From Spirochaetota bacterium (lineage in GTDB: Bacteria > Spirochaetota > UBA4802 > JAFGDQ01): 64,000 nt of DNA. The stretch lies in contig JAZDKB010000018.1 in assembly GCA_043803405.1 (NCBI GenBank), positions 128,001 to 192,000 on the forward strand, written 5' to 3'. Below the pieces are notes generated by a model. The model was given only the letters and a program-made list of their open reading frames with translations, had not been told where the DNA came from and searched no databases. This document shows positions 31,222-41,293 of the stretch, in pieces (within the stretch, counting starts at the first letter, position 1; each line of letters opens with the position of its first letter). Made by a program: the position numbers and the translations under genes.

Positions 31222-31281
31222 ATCAAGTTTATTATATTATAATGAGCTTATAAATCAGTATAAATAATAAGTTGTTATTAA

Positions 31282-31854
31282 TTATTGCTCTATCTTTTCA
31301 TTTATAAAATAAACCAGGTTGTAAACACAATTGTTTACGCGGCCTTCAAAGCCCCAACCGGAAACATCCATTGCAGCTTTTGAATAAATACTCGCGGTTA
31401 CCTTGTATAATTCTCTTCCGGATTTTCCGTCAATAAAATGTATAGTCAGGTCGAGTGTATCTGATCCTGCCATAGCTCCAAAGAAAATCTTCGCCGCTGT
31501 GCTTGTGCGCTGTACATATTCCACGTTTGAAAATTTAATAACAAGCCCGTCATTTTCAGGCTGATTATTTTTTGAAGCAACTACTGTAGATTTCTTTTCA
31601 GTTATAAGTTTATTAAAGTAATCAGGCATGTTTTTCTGATTCATGAAATTGATAGCTTCTACCCATTTTTCTTTCTTTTCATATCCAAAATCTTTCCACT
31701 TGTTCTCATTCAGATCAAGCCATCCGACATTTATTACCTTATACTTCTTAAGGTCGCCTGAGACTTTAGTTTCTTGTACAACGCCCCAGTAAGAGGTACA
31801 TCCAAATGTAAACATTGCAAAACCAAGAAGAATAATAAATAAGCTTTTTCTCAT
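31282..31854 (-). CDS. Lipoprotein, DUF4410-like
   Basis: Lipobox FTFGC; IFFGAMAGSD motif. Confidence 0.6.
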   Translation of the reverse strand: MRKSLFIILLGFAMFTFGCTSYWGVVQETKVSGDLKKYKVINVGWLDLNENKWKDFGYEKKEKWVEAINFMNQKNMPDYFNKLITEKKSTVVASKNNQPENDGLVIKFSNVEYVQRTSTAAKIFFGAMAGSDTLDLTIHFIDGKSGRELYKVTASIYSKAAMDVSGWGFEGRVNNCVYNLVYFINEKIEQ

Positions 31855-31967
31855 AATAATCCCCTATAAAATTTTATTAGTTAAATACAACTTATATAAA
31901 AATTATGGCTTAATATTCGATATATTTTTATTTTTTGTCAACCAGTATTTCCTGCCAGGCCAAAACC

Positions 31968-32609
31968 TCACATCTTTTCAAAGCTGATCAGCTCAAGGAA
32001 AAGCGTGTAACCGAAAAGCCCGTGCGCTACTAGCTCAAGTCTTTGCGGCAGGCCCTTGCTGTTAAGTTGCATGATATTTACAGTCCGCGTTAAACCGTAA
32101 GAGCTGTCGTATTTGTTTATCTTTGTTTCGCCGCCTTGCGTGATCACATCTATTGTTGTGCCGTCGGCGCAGCCGAAGCGCGCTATGCTTTTTCCGTCCG
32201 GCTGCTTCCCGTAAACCGGGCTCCTGGCTTCAGGGGCAAAGTAGATCAGCTTCAGGTCGTCCATTAAAGCTTTTACGAAATCGGAAGACTCAAATGCGGG
32301 TATTGCGCGGTTAACAGTAACAGCATTGTTGCCTAAGCTTGCGTCTAAGAGCACCAGCCCTTCCACGCTCATCATCACAGCGCGTATCGATCTTTGCGCA
32401 GGATCGACACTCGTCACGCCGATGAGCAAAAGCCTGTCCCCGTTTGGAAGCTCTGCCTTAATTGAATGAGTAAGCTGATATTTATCTTTCAGATAAAAAC
32501 CTGCGGCCATATGCTCTTTGTACCGGCCCGGATGTTCAATTACTGGAAGGCTTTTACACGAGAGAAAAAGAACCGCTGCTGCAAATAATAAAAACGCGTA
32601 TTTTTTCAT
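31968..32609 (-). CDS. Lipoprotein, DUF3261-like (seen in aryl-polyene-type clusters)
   Basis: Lipobox LFLSC; MSVEGLVLLD, LMDDLKLIY; ATGA overlap with LolA-like gene. Confidence 0.6.
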   Translation of the reverse strand: MKKYAFLLFAAAVLFLSCKSLPVIEHPGRYKEHMAAGFYLKDKYQLTHSIKAELPNGDRLLLIGVTSVDPAQRSIRAVMMSVEGLVLLDASLGNNAVTVNRAIPAFESSDFVKALMDDLKLIYFAPEARSPVYGKQPDGKSIARFGCADGTTIDVITQGGETKINKYDSSYGLTRTVNIMQLNSKGLPQRLELVAHGLFGYTLFLELISFEKM

Positions 32610-33220
32610 TCAGGATTCCGGTACAGTCTTTCATCAATATTTTTATTGTGCTCAATTGCGCTGAATTTTATCAGAGTGTACGAGTCGCCGGACTCGCTTA
32701 TCTTAACGCTTTTAACAACGCCCTCGGTCCTTGAAACAGCAAGCTCTATGCTGCTTATAATGCCTGCGAAAGTTTTATCCCTCGGAGTAAGTATAATCCT
32801 GTCAACCGCGCCTTTGCTTAAGGTTGCCTTAAAATTCGGGTCATCATGGAAGCGGCCTGCAAGCCACGAAGTGATCTCCTGCATAACGATTTCCATTGCC
32901 TGTGCCTTTGCACGTGTGTCTTCGGTCAGACCGTTCCTGCCTTCAATGTAGCTCTTGACCCTGCCGTTATGCGATAGCAGAATGCTTTTTACAGGTGTAA
33001 CATATTCCCATCTCAGCGACTTTGGAGCACTGAAAAAGAACCTGCCTTCGGACACAAGCGGCTTAACGAGTATCTTCATGTGTTTTTCCTGTGTGAATTT
33101 CGCGCTTACTGTTTTTATTGCTTTCGCGACCTTGCCGATTTCCTCCCAGTCATCGGTATACGCGACCGAAGCATTAAAACATAAAAAAATTATTAGTATG
33201 ATAATTGTCTTTTTGTTCAT
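32606..33220 (-). CDS. LolA-like periplasmic lipid carrier (ApeL-like); start ATG 33220
   Basis: SAKFTQEKHMKILVKPLVSEGRFFF, LRWEYVTP, ESGDSYTLIKF. Confidence 0.88.
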   Translation of the reverse strand: MNKKTIIILIIFLCFNASVAYTDDWEEIGKVAKAIKTVSAKFTQEKHMKILVKPLVSEGRFFFSAPKSLRWEYVTPVKSILLSHNGRVKSYIEGRNGLTEDTRAKAQAMEIVMQEITSWLAGRFHDDPNFKATLSKGAVDRIILTPRDKTFAGIISSIELAVSRTEGVVKSVKISESGDSYTLIKFSAIEHNKNIDERLYRNPE

Positions 33221-33288
33221 GATCGTTCCTGTACGAAATTTTCTTTGGAAGATATACATTCTTTATATTTTATTATTATTTGCTAAGT

Positions 33289-33349
33289 TAAATCCACCCT
33301 GACCCCCTTTCATTAAAGGGGGTGGCGAGCAAAGCGAGCCGGGGGATTT
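33289..33349. repeat. CCCCCTTT...AAAGGGGG nested palindrome
   Basis: AAATCCACCCTG-ACCCCCTTT-CATT-AAAGGGGGT...CCGGGGGATTT; related copy at 51536. Confidence 0.7.
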
Positions 33350-33390
33350 TCTTGCACTCATAGAAATAGCATTCCCCCCCAAATAAATTT

Positions 33391-34119
33391 TCAGAACATG
33401 CCGCCGTTCACGGAAATGACCTGACCAGTAATATACGAGGCATCGTCAGAGCAGAGAAAACGCACCACTTTTGCCACTTCCTCAGGTTTGCCTATCCTGT
33501 TCATAGGTATCATTTGCTTGATCATGTCCTTAGGCGCGTCCTTTATCATTTCAGTGTCAATGAGCCCCGGCGCGACCACATTGAGCCGTATCCCGAGACG
33601 CGCAACTTCAGTAGCGATCGATCTTGTCGCGGCAATTACCGCAGCTTTTACAGCAGAATAGTTGGACTGCCCGCGGTTGCCTATAAGCGCGGATACGGAC
33701 GCTATTGTAACAACAGAGCCTCTGTGCTTGGGCACCATCTTCTGCAGAATAGGTCTTGTAATATTATAAAATCCTTTTATTGTAACGTCAATGAGCGAAT
33801 CCCAGTCCTCTTTCTTGTGCATCAGGAAAAGCCCGTCCGCAGTAATGCCCGCGTTGTTGACAAGAACGCTCACGTATTTAAAACGCGAGATAATATCCTT
33901 TACGCATTCCTGTGTCTTTTCATAATCCGCAACATCGAATTTCATTATTTCGCCAGCGCCGTTATTGGCTTTTATCATTTCAAGAGTCTGTGCTGCTGCT
34001 TCGTCATTGGACCTGTAATTTACAATTACATAATAACCGTGCGCAGCAAGCTCAACACAAATCGCCCGGCCAATGCCGCGGCTTCCTCCTGTGACAACCG
34101 CTATTTGCTGCTCGCTCAT
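33391..34119 (-). CDS. fabG: 3-oxoacyl-ACP reductase (ApeQ-like FabG)
   Basis: TGGSRGIG, NNAG, YSAVK, VAPGLIDTEM, GQVISVNGGM. Confidence 0.93.
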   Translation of the reverse strand: MSEQQIAVVTGGSRGIGRAICVELAAHGYYVIVNYRSNDEAAAQTLEMIKANNGAGEIMKFDVADYEKTQECVKDIISRFKYVSVLVNNAGITADGLFLMHKKEDWDSLIDVTIKGFYNITRPILQKMVPKHRGSVVTIASVSALIGNRGQSNYSAVKAAVIAATRSIATEVARLGIRLNVVAPGLIDTEMIKDAPKDMIKQMIPMNRIGKPEEVAKVVRFLCSDDASYITGQVISVNGGMF

Positions 34120-34160
34120 TCTTTACTCCTTATTCTTTACGCTATATTCCCTGGATAATT

Positions 34161-34248
34161 GGCCACAGAGGCGCGGAGGCACAGAGAATTCTTTTTTAAA
34201 AATAATATTTTATCTCTGTGTCTTAGTGTCTCTGTGGCATTCTTTTAA
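34161..34248. repeat. GCCACAGAG-family palindromic element, inverted copy of 29707-29844
   Basis: Reverse complement reads TTAAAAGAATGCCACAGAGACACTAAGACACAGAG...CTCTGTGCCTCCGCGCCTCTGTGGC. Confidence 0.8.
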
Positions 34249-34313
34249 TTCAGTTCCCATGGAATTATGATTTTTATCTGGTAATAATGATTTATAAAAA
34301 AAATAATCTTGTC

Positions 34314-34736
34314 TTACACAGGGCTGAAAACCTGCAGAACTACTTTGCAAAGTATTTCACTGTTTGATGCGTTCTCAACACTGCCTTCAAAAACAGCATA
34401 GTTCTCGTCATCAAAACGCGGCGCAACCCTTATTAATAGCCGCGTGCCGAGAGCAATTTCCCCAGCAAAAAAATCAGCCTGCTTAACGCCTACTATCCAT
34501 CCGAAAACTCCCTTGCCTGTTTCCTTTAATTTTTTACATCCTATTGCAATGCCTGTGCTTTGCGCGACAAGCTCAACCATAATAATCGGATTGACGGAGT
34601 TATCATTAAACAAAGGCCATTTCTCTGAAACAACGGATTCCGTAACAGCGCGCTTTCCTTCAACCTCAACTATTCTGTCTAACAGTTTCAGCCTGTCGCG
34701 GTGTGGAAGTATGTCTTCAATAGCTACATCGATCAT
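34314..34736 (-). CDS. Hotdog 3-hydroxyacyl-ACP dehydratase (ApeP-like)
   Basis: ILPHRDRLKLLD, VELVAQ, GWIVG. Confidence 0.85.
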   Translation of the reverse strand: MIDVAIEDILPHRDRLKLLDRIVEVEGKRAVTESVVSEKWPLFNDNSVNPIIMVELVAQSTGIAIGCKKLKETGKGVFGWIVGVKQADFFAGEIALGTRLLIRVAPRFDDENYAVFEGSVENASNSEILCKVVLQVFSPV

Positions 34737-34994
34737 ATAATTTTATTTTTTCTTACTGGTAAAAAAATTTGAATTATCTTCGAACCCGGTTAAAAGATGC
34801 TTTGATTCGTTTGTCTTATACAACAGACTGCGATTTTGTCTGCTGAGATTGATTCTAAATACAGGTATTTCATTGACCAAGTCAAGATAAAAAACATTCT
34901 CCAACAGGCCACTGTTCATTAGTTATTGACTTTTCTGAATTAATAGATTTATTATTGATAATGATTAAATCAATTTTTTCCGGAGGAATTTAAA

Positions 34995-36413
34995 GTGGGC
35001 ATTAAAAAAGGAATAAATAAAAAGCAAAATATCTCAAAAGATCTTATTCAGATACGCAATCAGATTAATAAACAGAGAGATTTTTTTAATACAGGCTCCA
35101 CTAAAGAAATATCATTTCGTATAGAACAGCTTAAAAAATTAAAAAGCGCGCTTAAAAAATACGAACCTGAAATAATGCAGGCATTGTATAAAGACCTTAG
35201 AAAATCAGACTTCGAATCTTATCTAACCGAACTGGGTGTTCTTTACTCAGGGATAGATTACGCACTGGCAAATATAAAAAAGTGGGCAAAGCCTAAAAGA
35301 GCCAAAACGCCGTTTTCGCTGCGTCCTGCGCGAAGCCGGACAGTAGCCGAGCCATACGGCAGCGTGCTCATAATAGGGCCGTGGAATTATCCTCTTCAGC
35401 TTGTTGTGGCTCCTTTGATCGACGCGATCGCGGCAGGCAATTGCGCAGTAGTAAAACCCTCTTCACTCGCGCATTATACGTCGGAAGTAATCGTAAAAAT
35501 CATTTCGGAAACATTTGATCCGGCGTATATTTACGCAGTTAAAGGAGGAACGGAAAGAACGCCGTTTTTAATTACTGAAAAATTCGACTACATCTTTTTT
35601 ACAGGCGGGACTGAAACAGGCAGAACAATTATGCAGGCAGCAGCAAAGGAGCTGACGCCTGTAACCCTTGAGCTTGGCGGCAAAAGCCCTGCAATCGTAA
35701 GCAGCGATGCCGCAATCGACATGGCAGCAAAAAAGATCACGTGGGGAAAATTCGTCAACGCGGGGCAGACATGCATTGCGCCGGATTATGTACTGGCACA
35801 TAAAGATATAAGCGAAAAACTGGTCTCAGGAATTAAGCATTATGTGGAAATATTCTACGGCAAAGACCCGAAGCAAAGCCCGGATTTTGCGCGCATTATA
35901 AGCCCGGGACATTTTAAAAGGATAAGCAATCTTTTAAAAAAAGCGGATATTGTTTTCGGCGGTCGTACAGACGAAAAAGAGCTATATATATCCCCTACTG
36001 TAGCAAAGAATATTTCGCTGAAGCATCCTTTGATGCTGGAAGAGATATTCGGGCCTGTGCTGCCTGTGCTGGAATTCAGCGATATTAACGAAGCGATATC
36101 GACTGTTAAATCCATGCCAAAACCGCTGGCCCTTTATCTTTTTACTTCGGGTAAGAATATAGAGCAGAGAATCAGCAATGAAATATCCTGCGGAGGTATG
36201 GTGATAAACGACACCTTGCTTCATGTCGCGAACCATCATCTGCCTTTCGGGGGAGTTGGTTTCAGCGGGATAGGCCAGTATCACGGCAAAGCGGGCTTTG
36301 ATACCTTTTCGCACATAAAAGCTGTAATGAAAAGCCCGCGGAGCATTGATCTACCGCTTCGTTATCCGCCATATAAAAATAAAATTAAATTTTTAAAGTG
36401 TTTATTCGGATAA
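34995..36413 (+). CDS. Aldehyde dehydrogenase (class 3 / fatty-aromatic aldehyde type)
   Basis: GPWNYP, FFTGG, LELGGKSP, GQTCIAPDY, EEIFGP. Confidence 0.95.
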   Translation: MGIKKGINKKQNISKDLIQIRNQINKQRDFFNTGSTKEISFRIEQLKKLKSALKKYEPEIMQALYKDLRKSDFESYLTELGVLYSGIDYALANIKKWAKPKRAKTPFSLRPARSRTVAEPYGSVLIIGPWNYPLQLVVAPLIDAIAAGNCAVVKPSSLAHYTSEVIVKIISETFDPAYIYAVKGGTERTPFLITEKFDYIFFTGGTETGRTIMQAAAKELTPVTLELGGKSPAIVSSDAAIDMAAKKITWGKFVNAGQTCIAPDYVLAHKDISEKLVSGIKHYVEIFYGKDPKQSPDFARIISPGHFKRISNLLKKADIVFGGRTDEKELYISPTVAKNISLKHPLMLEEIFGPVLPVLEFSDINEAISTVKSMPKPLALYLFTSGKNIEQRISNEISCGGMVINDTLLHVANHHLPFGGVGFSGIGQYHGKAGFDTFSHIKAVMKSPRSIDLPLRYPPYKNKIKFLKCLFG

Positions 36414-36489
36414 AGAAATAAAGGATTATCAGGCAGATTGAATACTTTTCAAAATTCTGCGGCAGAATCATCCGGTACGGCTTCCCTTC

Positions 36490-37854
36490 CTACCATGAAT
36501 ACATCAACTCAGCCTCAACCTGGTCATTTTTCGAGTATCTTCCGAACACCGATTGCGGAGGCCCATCCAGAATGATTGCTGTAATGCCAGCTTTCCATGC
36601 ATCAGTAAAAATATACCTGATATTCGCCTTTGCCATGCTAGCTCCGTGTTCAGGGTTATACGCAATGCTTGCATTCGTTTCCACCTTCTGGTTCATCCAT
36701 GTTACCTTGATGTTAGCCCAGAGAATTGTCTCCACTTTCCTTTCGTAAAAATTTTCAGGTCTGTCCGGAATTACAGTCTGCTGTGCCTGTATTATAAGAG
36801 TAACGTCTTCGAACAACCTGTAGTCCGCGCCGATTCCATAGTCCAGCACGTCGGTCTTATACCCGATGGTGTTCAGAGGATAAACACCGGGTGAAGTAGT
36901 CGTAGGATACCCCCAGAGCTCCCTGCGTATATTATAATACCTGTTCATGATATAAGCAGCCTCAGCCCGCAGGCTCCAGTCTCCCATCACTGCGGCTCCA
37001 TCTAATCCGATCGAAGTGATCCTGCGGAAGTCCGGTACATAGCCGGGATCGATCTTTATTATATCGGTTTGTGGAATAATTTTAAGCGAGGTTGTTTTGA
37101 ATACAGGACGCGGATCATAACCGCGGTACAGGTTAAGTGCCCATTCGATGTCGCCTGTGCGTTTTACTCTCATGCCGATATTGCTGTTCCCGATTCTACG
37201 CTGGGGTAAGTCGGGCTCGCCCGGGACGATCTCTGTGCCCGGGATCTGCAGGAACGCTGTGTTTGATATGCCCGACCAGCGCTCATCCGGCATGGAGAGG
37301 CGATAGGGTACCAGCACCGGTATCCATACCATATCGCATGTCCATTTATCTATCAGCATGCTCGCAGACATGGAAGGAACGCCGATTTTCCGGTCTTCGA
37401 GCGGTTTTCTAAGAAACTGGGTATAATCACAGGGATTCAGCATGTCATTCGGCGGGAATTCGTCGAGCCTGCCCCATGCAAAGCGCTGGATGCCTGCCCT
37501 GAGATCGAGTGCAGCAGAAGAATATTGCAAATAGAACTCTTTAAATTCAAGATAGGGGGTATTACTCTGGTACACGTCGCTATAGTTCTTAAATAGCTTT
37601 TTATCACGCGCAGGCCGTTTCACGCTCCCGTCCCATCCGCCTTCGAGCCATGAATGAAACTTCCATGACAGATCGCTTACATCAAGTTTGACGCGTCCTG
37701 CAGCACCAGGATATTCTTTCACATTGTCGCTGTCCGAAGCCTCAACTCCGCGCAAATTCAGATTGCCGGAAACAGTGTATATGTCGTCGGCGTATATTGA
37801 TTGAGAGATGAATATAATGTATATTAAGATGAATGCCAGTTTTATCATAAACAC
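36490..37854 (-). CDS. Outer-membrane beta-barrel protein, DUF1302-like
   Basis: Signal peptide, DLRAGIQRFAWGRLD, alternating beta strands, terminal YSW. Confidence 0.7.
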   Translation of the reverse strand: MFMIKLAFILIYIIFISQSIYADDIYTVSGNLNLRGVEASDSDNVKEYPGAAGRVKLDVSDLSWKFHSWLEGGWDGSVKRPARDKKLFKNYSDVYQSNTPYLEFKEFYLQYSSAALDLRAGIQRFAWGRLDEFPPNDMLNPCDYTQFLRKPLEDRKIGVPSMSASMLIDKWTCDMVWIPVLVPYRLSMPDERWSGISNTAFLQIPGTEIVPGEPDLPQRRIGNSNIGMRVKRTGDIEWALNLYRGYDPRPVFKTTSLKIIPQTDIIKIDPGYVPDFRRITSIGLDGAAVMGDWSLRAEAAYIMNRYYNIRRELWGYPTTTSPGVYPLNTIGYKTDVLDYGIGADYRLFEDVTLIIQAQQTVIPDRPENFYERKVETILWANIKVTWMNQKVETNASIAYNPEHGASMAKANIRYIFTDAWKAGITAIILDGPPQSVFGRYSKNDQVEAELMYSW

Positions 37855-37914
37855 ATTAGTACACCGTCACATTTGAAATTGTGGATGTAAGAATATTTTT
37901 AAATCTGTCTTTGT

Positions 37915-38709
37915 TTATTTCCCAGCCCTTTCCAGCGACCGCTGTGTGAAAAGATCATCTGAATAATGTGTATGATATTGAACTTTGTCGAGAGTGAGTT
38001 CAGTCCTGTGCTTTGTCTTCCTGTTTTCCATCTCCATCCAGAATGGAGTTGGAATTCCGTCAATGATCCTTACATCTTTGAATACGCCGGCTCTGTAAAT
38101 ATCATTATCCTTGTAGTATTCAATCTTAAAATGAATCCACAGATCTTTTGCCACCCATGCAATGTACTTGGTAAATTTTCTGCGAACCTTCGGAGTCACC
38201 TCGACAACATAGCAGGGTTTCCCGTCAATGGTATCTTCTTTCAGAATGCTGAACTTGTAATCGTTCAGGTTAGGCGGGCCGCCGAAATCATCATAGGAAA
38301 AATCGGATCCGAAGAACGAGTCGTCCTGCGAACTGTTCGCTATACGGCGCACACGTTTGAATTCAGGGAAATACGCCCACAGGTCGCGTTCTGAGAACGT
38401 ATGGGCGTGGATCAGGAATCCGACGTTCTTCAGGTCAGGCGGAGTGTTGAATATTACGAGGTTTTTGTATGCCTCAGGGTCGGCCTTTTTGCCGTATTGA
38501 GTAAGAGAGCGCGTACGCTTTCCTCCGCCTTTATCAAAGAGAACCATGGTTGCATCGATCTTATGATCAAGCCACCTGGAGCGCTGCTCATGGAACTTCT
38601 CGTATACCTCCCTGCCGGACATGGCAAAAACAGATGACGGGAACAGAATGATTAAAACAAGTATTCTGCTTAATGTAAAAATGTTTATCATTTTTAATTT
38701 ATTATTCAT
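37915..38709 (-). CDS. LolA-fold outer membrane lipoprotein-sorting-like protein; start ATG 38709
   Basis: FNTPPDLKNVGFL, WAYFPEFKRVRRI, SFFGSDFSYDD. Confidence 0.85.
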   Translation of the reverse strand: MNNKLKMINIFTLSRILVLIILFPSSVFAMSGREVYEKFHEQRSRWLDHKIDATMVLFDKGGGKRTRSLTQYGKKADPEAYKNLVIFNTPPDLKNVGFLIHAHTFSERDLWAYFPEFKRVRRIANSSQDDSFFGSDFSYDDFGGPPNLNDYKFSILKEDTIDGKPCYVVEVTPKVRRKFTKYIAWVAKDLWIHFKIEYYKDNDIYRAGVFKDVRIIDGIPTPFWMEMENRKTKHRTELTLDKVQYHTHYSDDLFTQRSLERAGK

Positions 38710-41293
38710 AGGAAAGTGCCTCCACAATATTGGTCTTTGCTGCCCGCCGGGCAGGGTAAAGCCCTGCCAGCACAGAAAGCCCGACAGAAAGTATAATGGC
38801 CGCAAATAATGCAGGATAAAACAGATTATACTTCATACTTGCACCAAAGGCAGCCTGGTAAAACCCGTCAAATATTATCCAGCCGGTCAATATTCCAACC
38901 ACTGTGCCCATCAGCCCTCCTGTAAGACCTATAACCGCGGACTCAATAAGAATGATTCTCGACACCTGGCTTCTCTTCATACCTATGGATCGAAGTATGC
39001 CTATCTCCCGTGTTCGTTCCATAACAGATGCGAGAAGCGCGATAACTATGCCGAAACCTGCAATGATTAAAGTAAGTATGTTCACTGCATTAAACAGAGC
39101 AAAAAAGCTGTCTAACATTTTATGTACTTCTGCCCTGAATTCTACACCTGAAAGTACAAATAGCTTCCTTCCCTTGCCGAATTGTTCCAGGATGGCCTCT
39201 TTTACTTTAACCAGATCTCCGGGAGATTTTACACGCACTTCATAGGTATCTACCAGATTGTCTTTCCAGTGTTTTTTATAAGTGGACGTATCCATATATA
39301 TACTGCCAAACTCAGACGAGTAATCTGCAATTATGGCAGCTACGCTGAAACGAATCGGGCTGATAGGGGTTGGAAGTATAATTGTATCTCCCGGCTTTAT
39401 GTGATACCTTGTAGCAAAACTTTCGTTCACTGTAAGGTTATCCTTACCCGGTAGAAGCCGCAGTACGTCTTCCCTTCTGCCTTCCGCGATCATAAGAGGA
39501 CAGTATCCCATCCTCATGGCCACATCAATGGAGTGCAGAATAATCCTGCTACCCTTGTAATTTATATTATTCTTACGGAAAGGTTCTACTGTCAGAATTT
39601 TTGGAATCTTCTCAATTTCCTTTAGCATTGCTTCAGACATTGGTACAGTAGGTGCATCGCCTGAAGCCATAAGATGACCTGAGCTTATAAAGATATCTGC
39701 CCGCACTATGGATTCAATCCAGTCAAACACTGACTTTCGAAAGCTGTTTACGATATTAGCAGAACTGACAAAAAGACAGATACTGAAAAAGATGGCTGCA
39801 ACAGCTACAGCATTCCTGGTAAGGCTCTTCTGCAGGTTCATGCCTGCAAGCCTTCCAAGAGATCCGAAAGAAAAAGAAAGGAATGGATGTATCAGCGTTA
39901 AAAACCACTTCAGAAAATACGGACTTAGAAGCGAAATAGCAATCATAAGAAAAAGCGTAGAGAGCCAGACTAAACCTGAGTAATTGGAAGAGGATGAAAT
40001 ATCTGCTATTTTATAGATTCCAATAATAAGAACTGAAAGTAAAAAGAAGAAAGCAGAAATTATCTTTATCCTTCTGGAAAAGAAAAAACCGTCTCCTGAA
40101 TAGGGTAAAGAGCGGATAGCTGAGATAGGTGAAATTTTCGAAATAGAAAAAGCCGGCGCCGCAGCTGAGACAAGACTGACAAATATTCCAATACTGCCGC
40201 CACGTAAGATATCTATCCACGAAATAATAAGTCCATCAACCGAAATCTTAATATATGTCTCGGTCAGGGATTTGGCTACCATTCCAATACTGAGCTTTGC
40301 AAATAAAACACCAAGAACAACTCCAAGCACAGAACCAAGTGCAGAGAACAGAAATGTCTCCCCCAGGAACAACCTTACGATTTCACCCTTTCTGGCTCCG
40401 ATAGCCCTGAGTATCCCTATTTCCTTTCTGCGTTGTACAGTTGATATCGAGACTGCGTTATAGATAAGGTACATTCCAACTATCAGTGCCATTAGGCTAA
40501 AAGCTCTCATAAAATTTCGGTAGCTGCCCAGCAGTATCTCAACCTGCTTTGTCCTGCCTGCAGGGGTGTCAATATTATACCCTTTGGGAAGTGCGTGCTC
40601 AATACGTTCCTTCACTGTATCTATGGTTTCTCCCGGTAGCAAACTCATGTCTATACGATCGATACGATTTTCTTTCCCGAACGCCAGTTGAGCAGCAAAG
40701 ATGTCCATTATAGCAATGTCGCCGCCCGCAGCCTTTGCCGGGCCTTCGGGGTTTAGCAGGCCTCTCACTTTGAACCGCTTTATGCCCTGAACAGTCTGTA
40801 CCTTTATTTCCTGGTCGATTTTAATGCCTTCCCTGTCTGCTAAAGCCTGCGTAATAAGGATAGAATCGCGTTTTGCAAGAAAGAGCAATGGATCAGGAAT
40901 ATCTGCAGATTCGTCCTTTATACTATAACTGCGGACATTGCTGTCCTGCAGTGTGTCGATGCCAAGTATCATAAGCGCGCGCTCGGTGCCGCCGGAAAGG
41001 CTGGTATTTGCTTCTATGACCGGCACCGCGTACTCCACACCCTGAACCTTCTGAACTTTGTCGAGCATTTCTTCCGGGAATCCGGAACCAGCCAGGGTAA
41101 CCTGAAGGCTTGCCCTTCCCATAATCTGATTCATGGATTCCTCAAAGGACTGGAGAACGCTCCTGTTCACGATATCCAGGGAAATCATTGCAGCTACACC
41201 CAGACATATACCGGATATTGCAACTATCAGTTGAGTCTTCTGATGCTTAATATGCTTAAAACTTATATGACGAAGCAGATTTCCAAGGTTCAT
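38702..41293 (-). CDS. MacB/FtsX-type ABC transporter permease (two permease modules)
   Basis: QRRKEIGILRAIGA and ERTREIGILRSIGM; YPARRAAK..EALSYE. Confidence 0.93.
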   Translation of the reverse strand: MNLGNLLRHISFKHIKHQKTQLIVAISGICLGVAAMISLDIVNRSVLQSFEESMNQIMGRASLQVTLAGSGFPEEMLDKVQKVQGVEYAVPVIEANTSLSGGTERALMILGIDTLQDSNVRSYSIKDESADIPDPLLFLAKRDSILITQALADREGIKIDQEIKVQTVQGIKRFKVRGLLNPEGPAKAAGGDIAIMDIFAAQLAFGKENRIDRIDMSLLPGETIDTVKERIEHALPKGYNIDTPAGRTKQVEILLGSYRNFMRAFSLMALIVGMYLIYNAVSISTVQRRKEIGILRAIGARKGEIVRLFLGETFLFSALGSVLGVVLGVLFAKLSIGMVAKSLTETYIKISVDGLIISWIDILRGGSIGIFVSLVSAAAPAFSISKISPISAIRSLPYSGDGFFFSRRIKIISAFFFLLSVLIIGIYKIADISSSSNYSGLVWLSTLFLMIAISLLSPYFLKWFLTLIHPFLSFSFGSLGRLAGMNLQKSLTRNAVAVAAIFFSICLFVSSANIVNSFRKSVFDWIESIVRADIFISSGHLMASGDAPTVPMSEAMLKEIEKIPKILTVEPFRKNNINYKGSRIILHSIDVAMRMGYCPLMIAEGRREDVLRLLPGKDNLTVNESFATRYHIKPGDTIILPTPISPIRFSVAAIIADYSSEFGSIYMDTSTYKKHWKDNLVDTYEVRVKSPGDLVKVKEAILEQFGKGRKLFVLSGVEFRAEVHKMLDSFFALFNAVNILTLIIAGFGIVIALLASVMERTREIGILRSIGMKRSQVSRIILIESAVIGLTGGLMGTVVGILTGWIIFDGFYQAAFGASMKYNLFYPALFAAIILSVGLSVLAGLYPARRAAKTNIVEALSYE

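Noticed and set aside
33514..34158. 214-aa plus-strand ORF and many other antisense or nested ORFs in the track (e.g. 22909-23508, 29148-29720, 43492-43857)
   Set aside because: Shadow frames of well-supported genes on the opposite strand; no motifs or RBS
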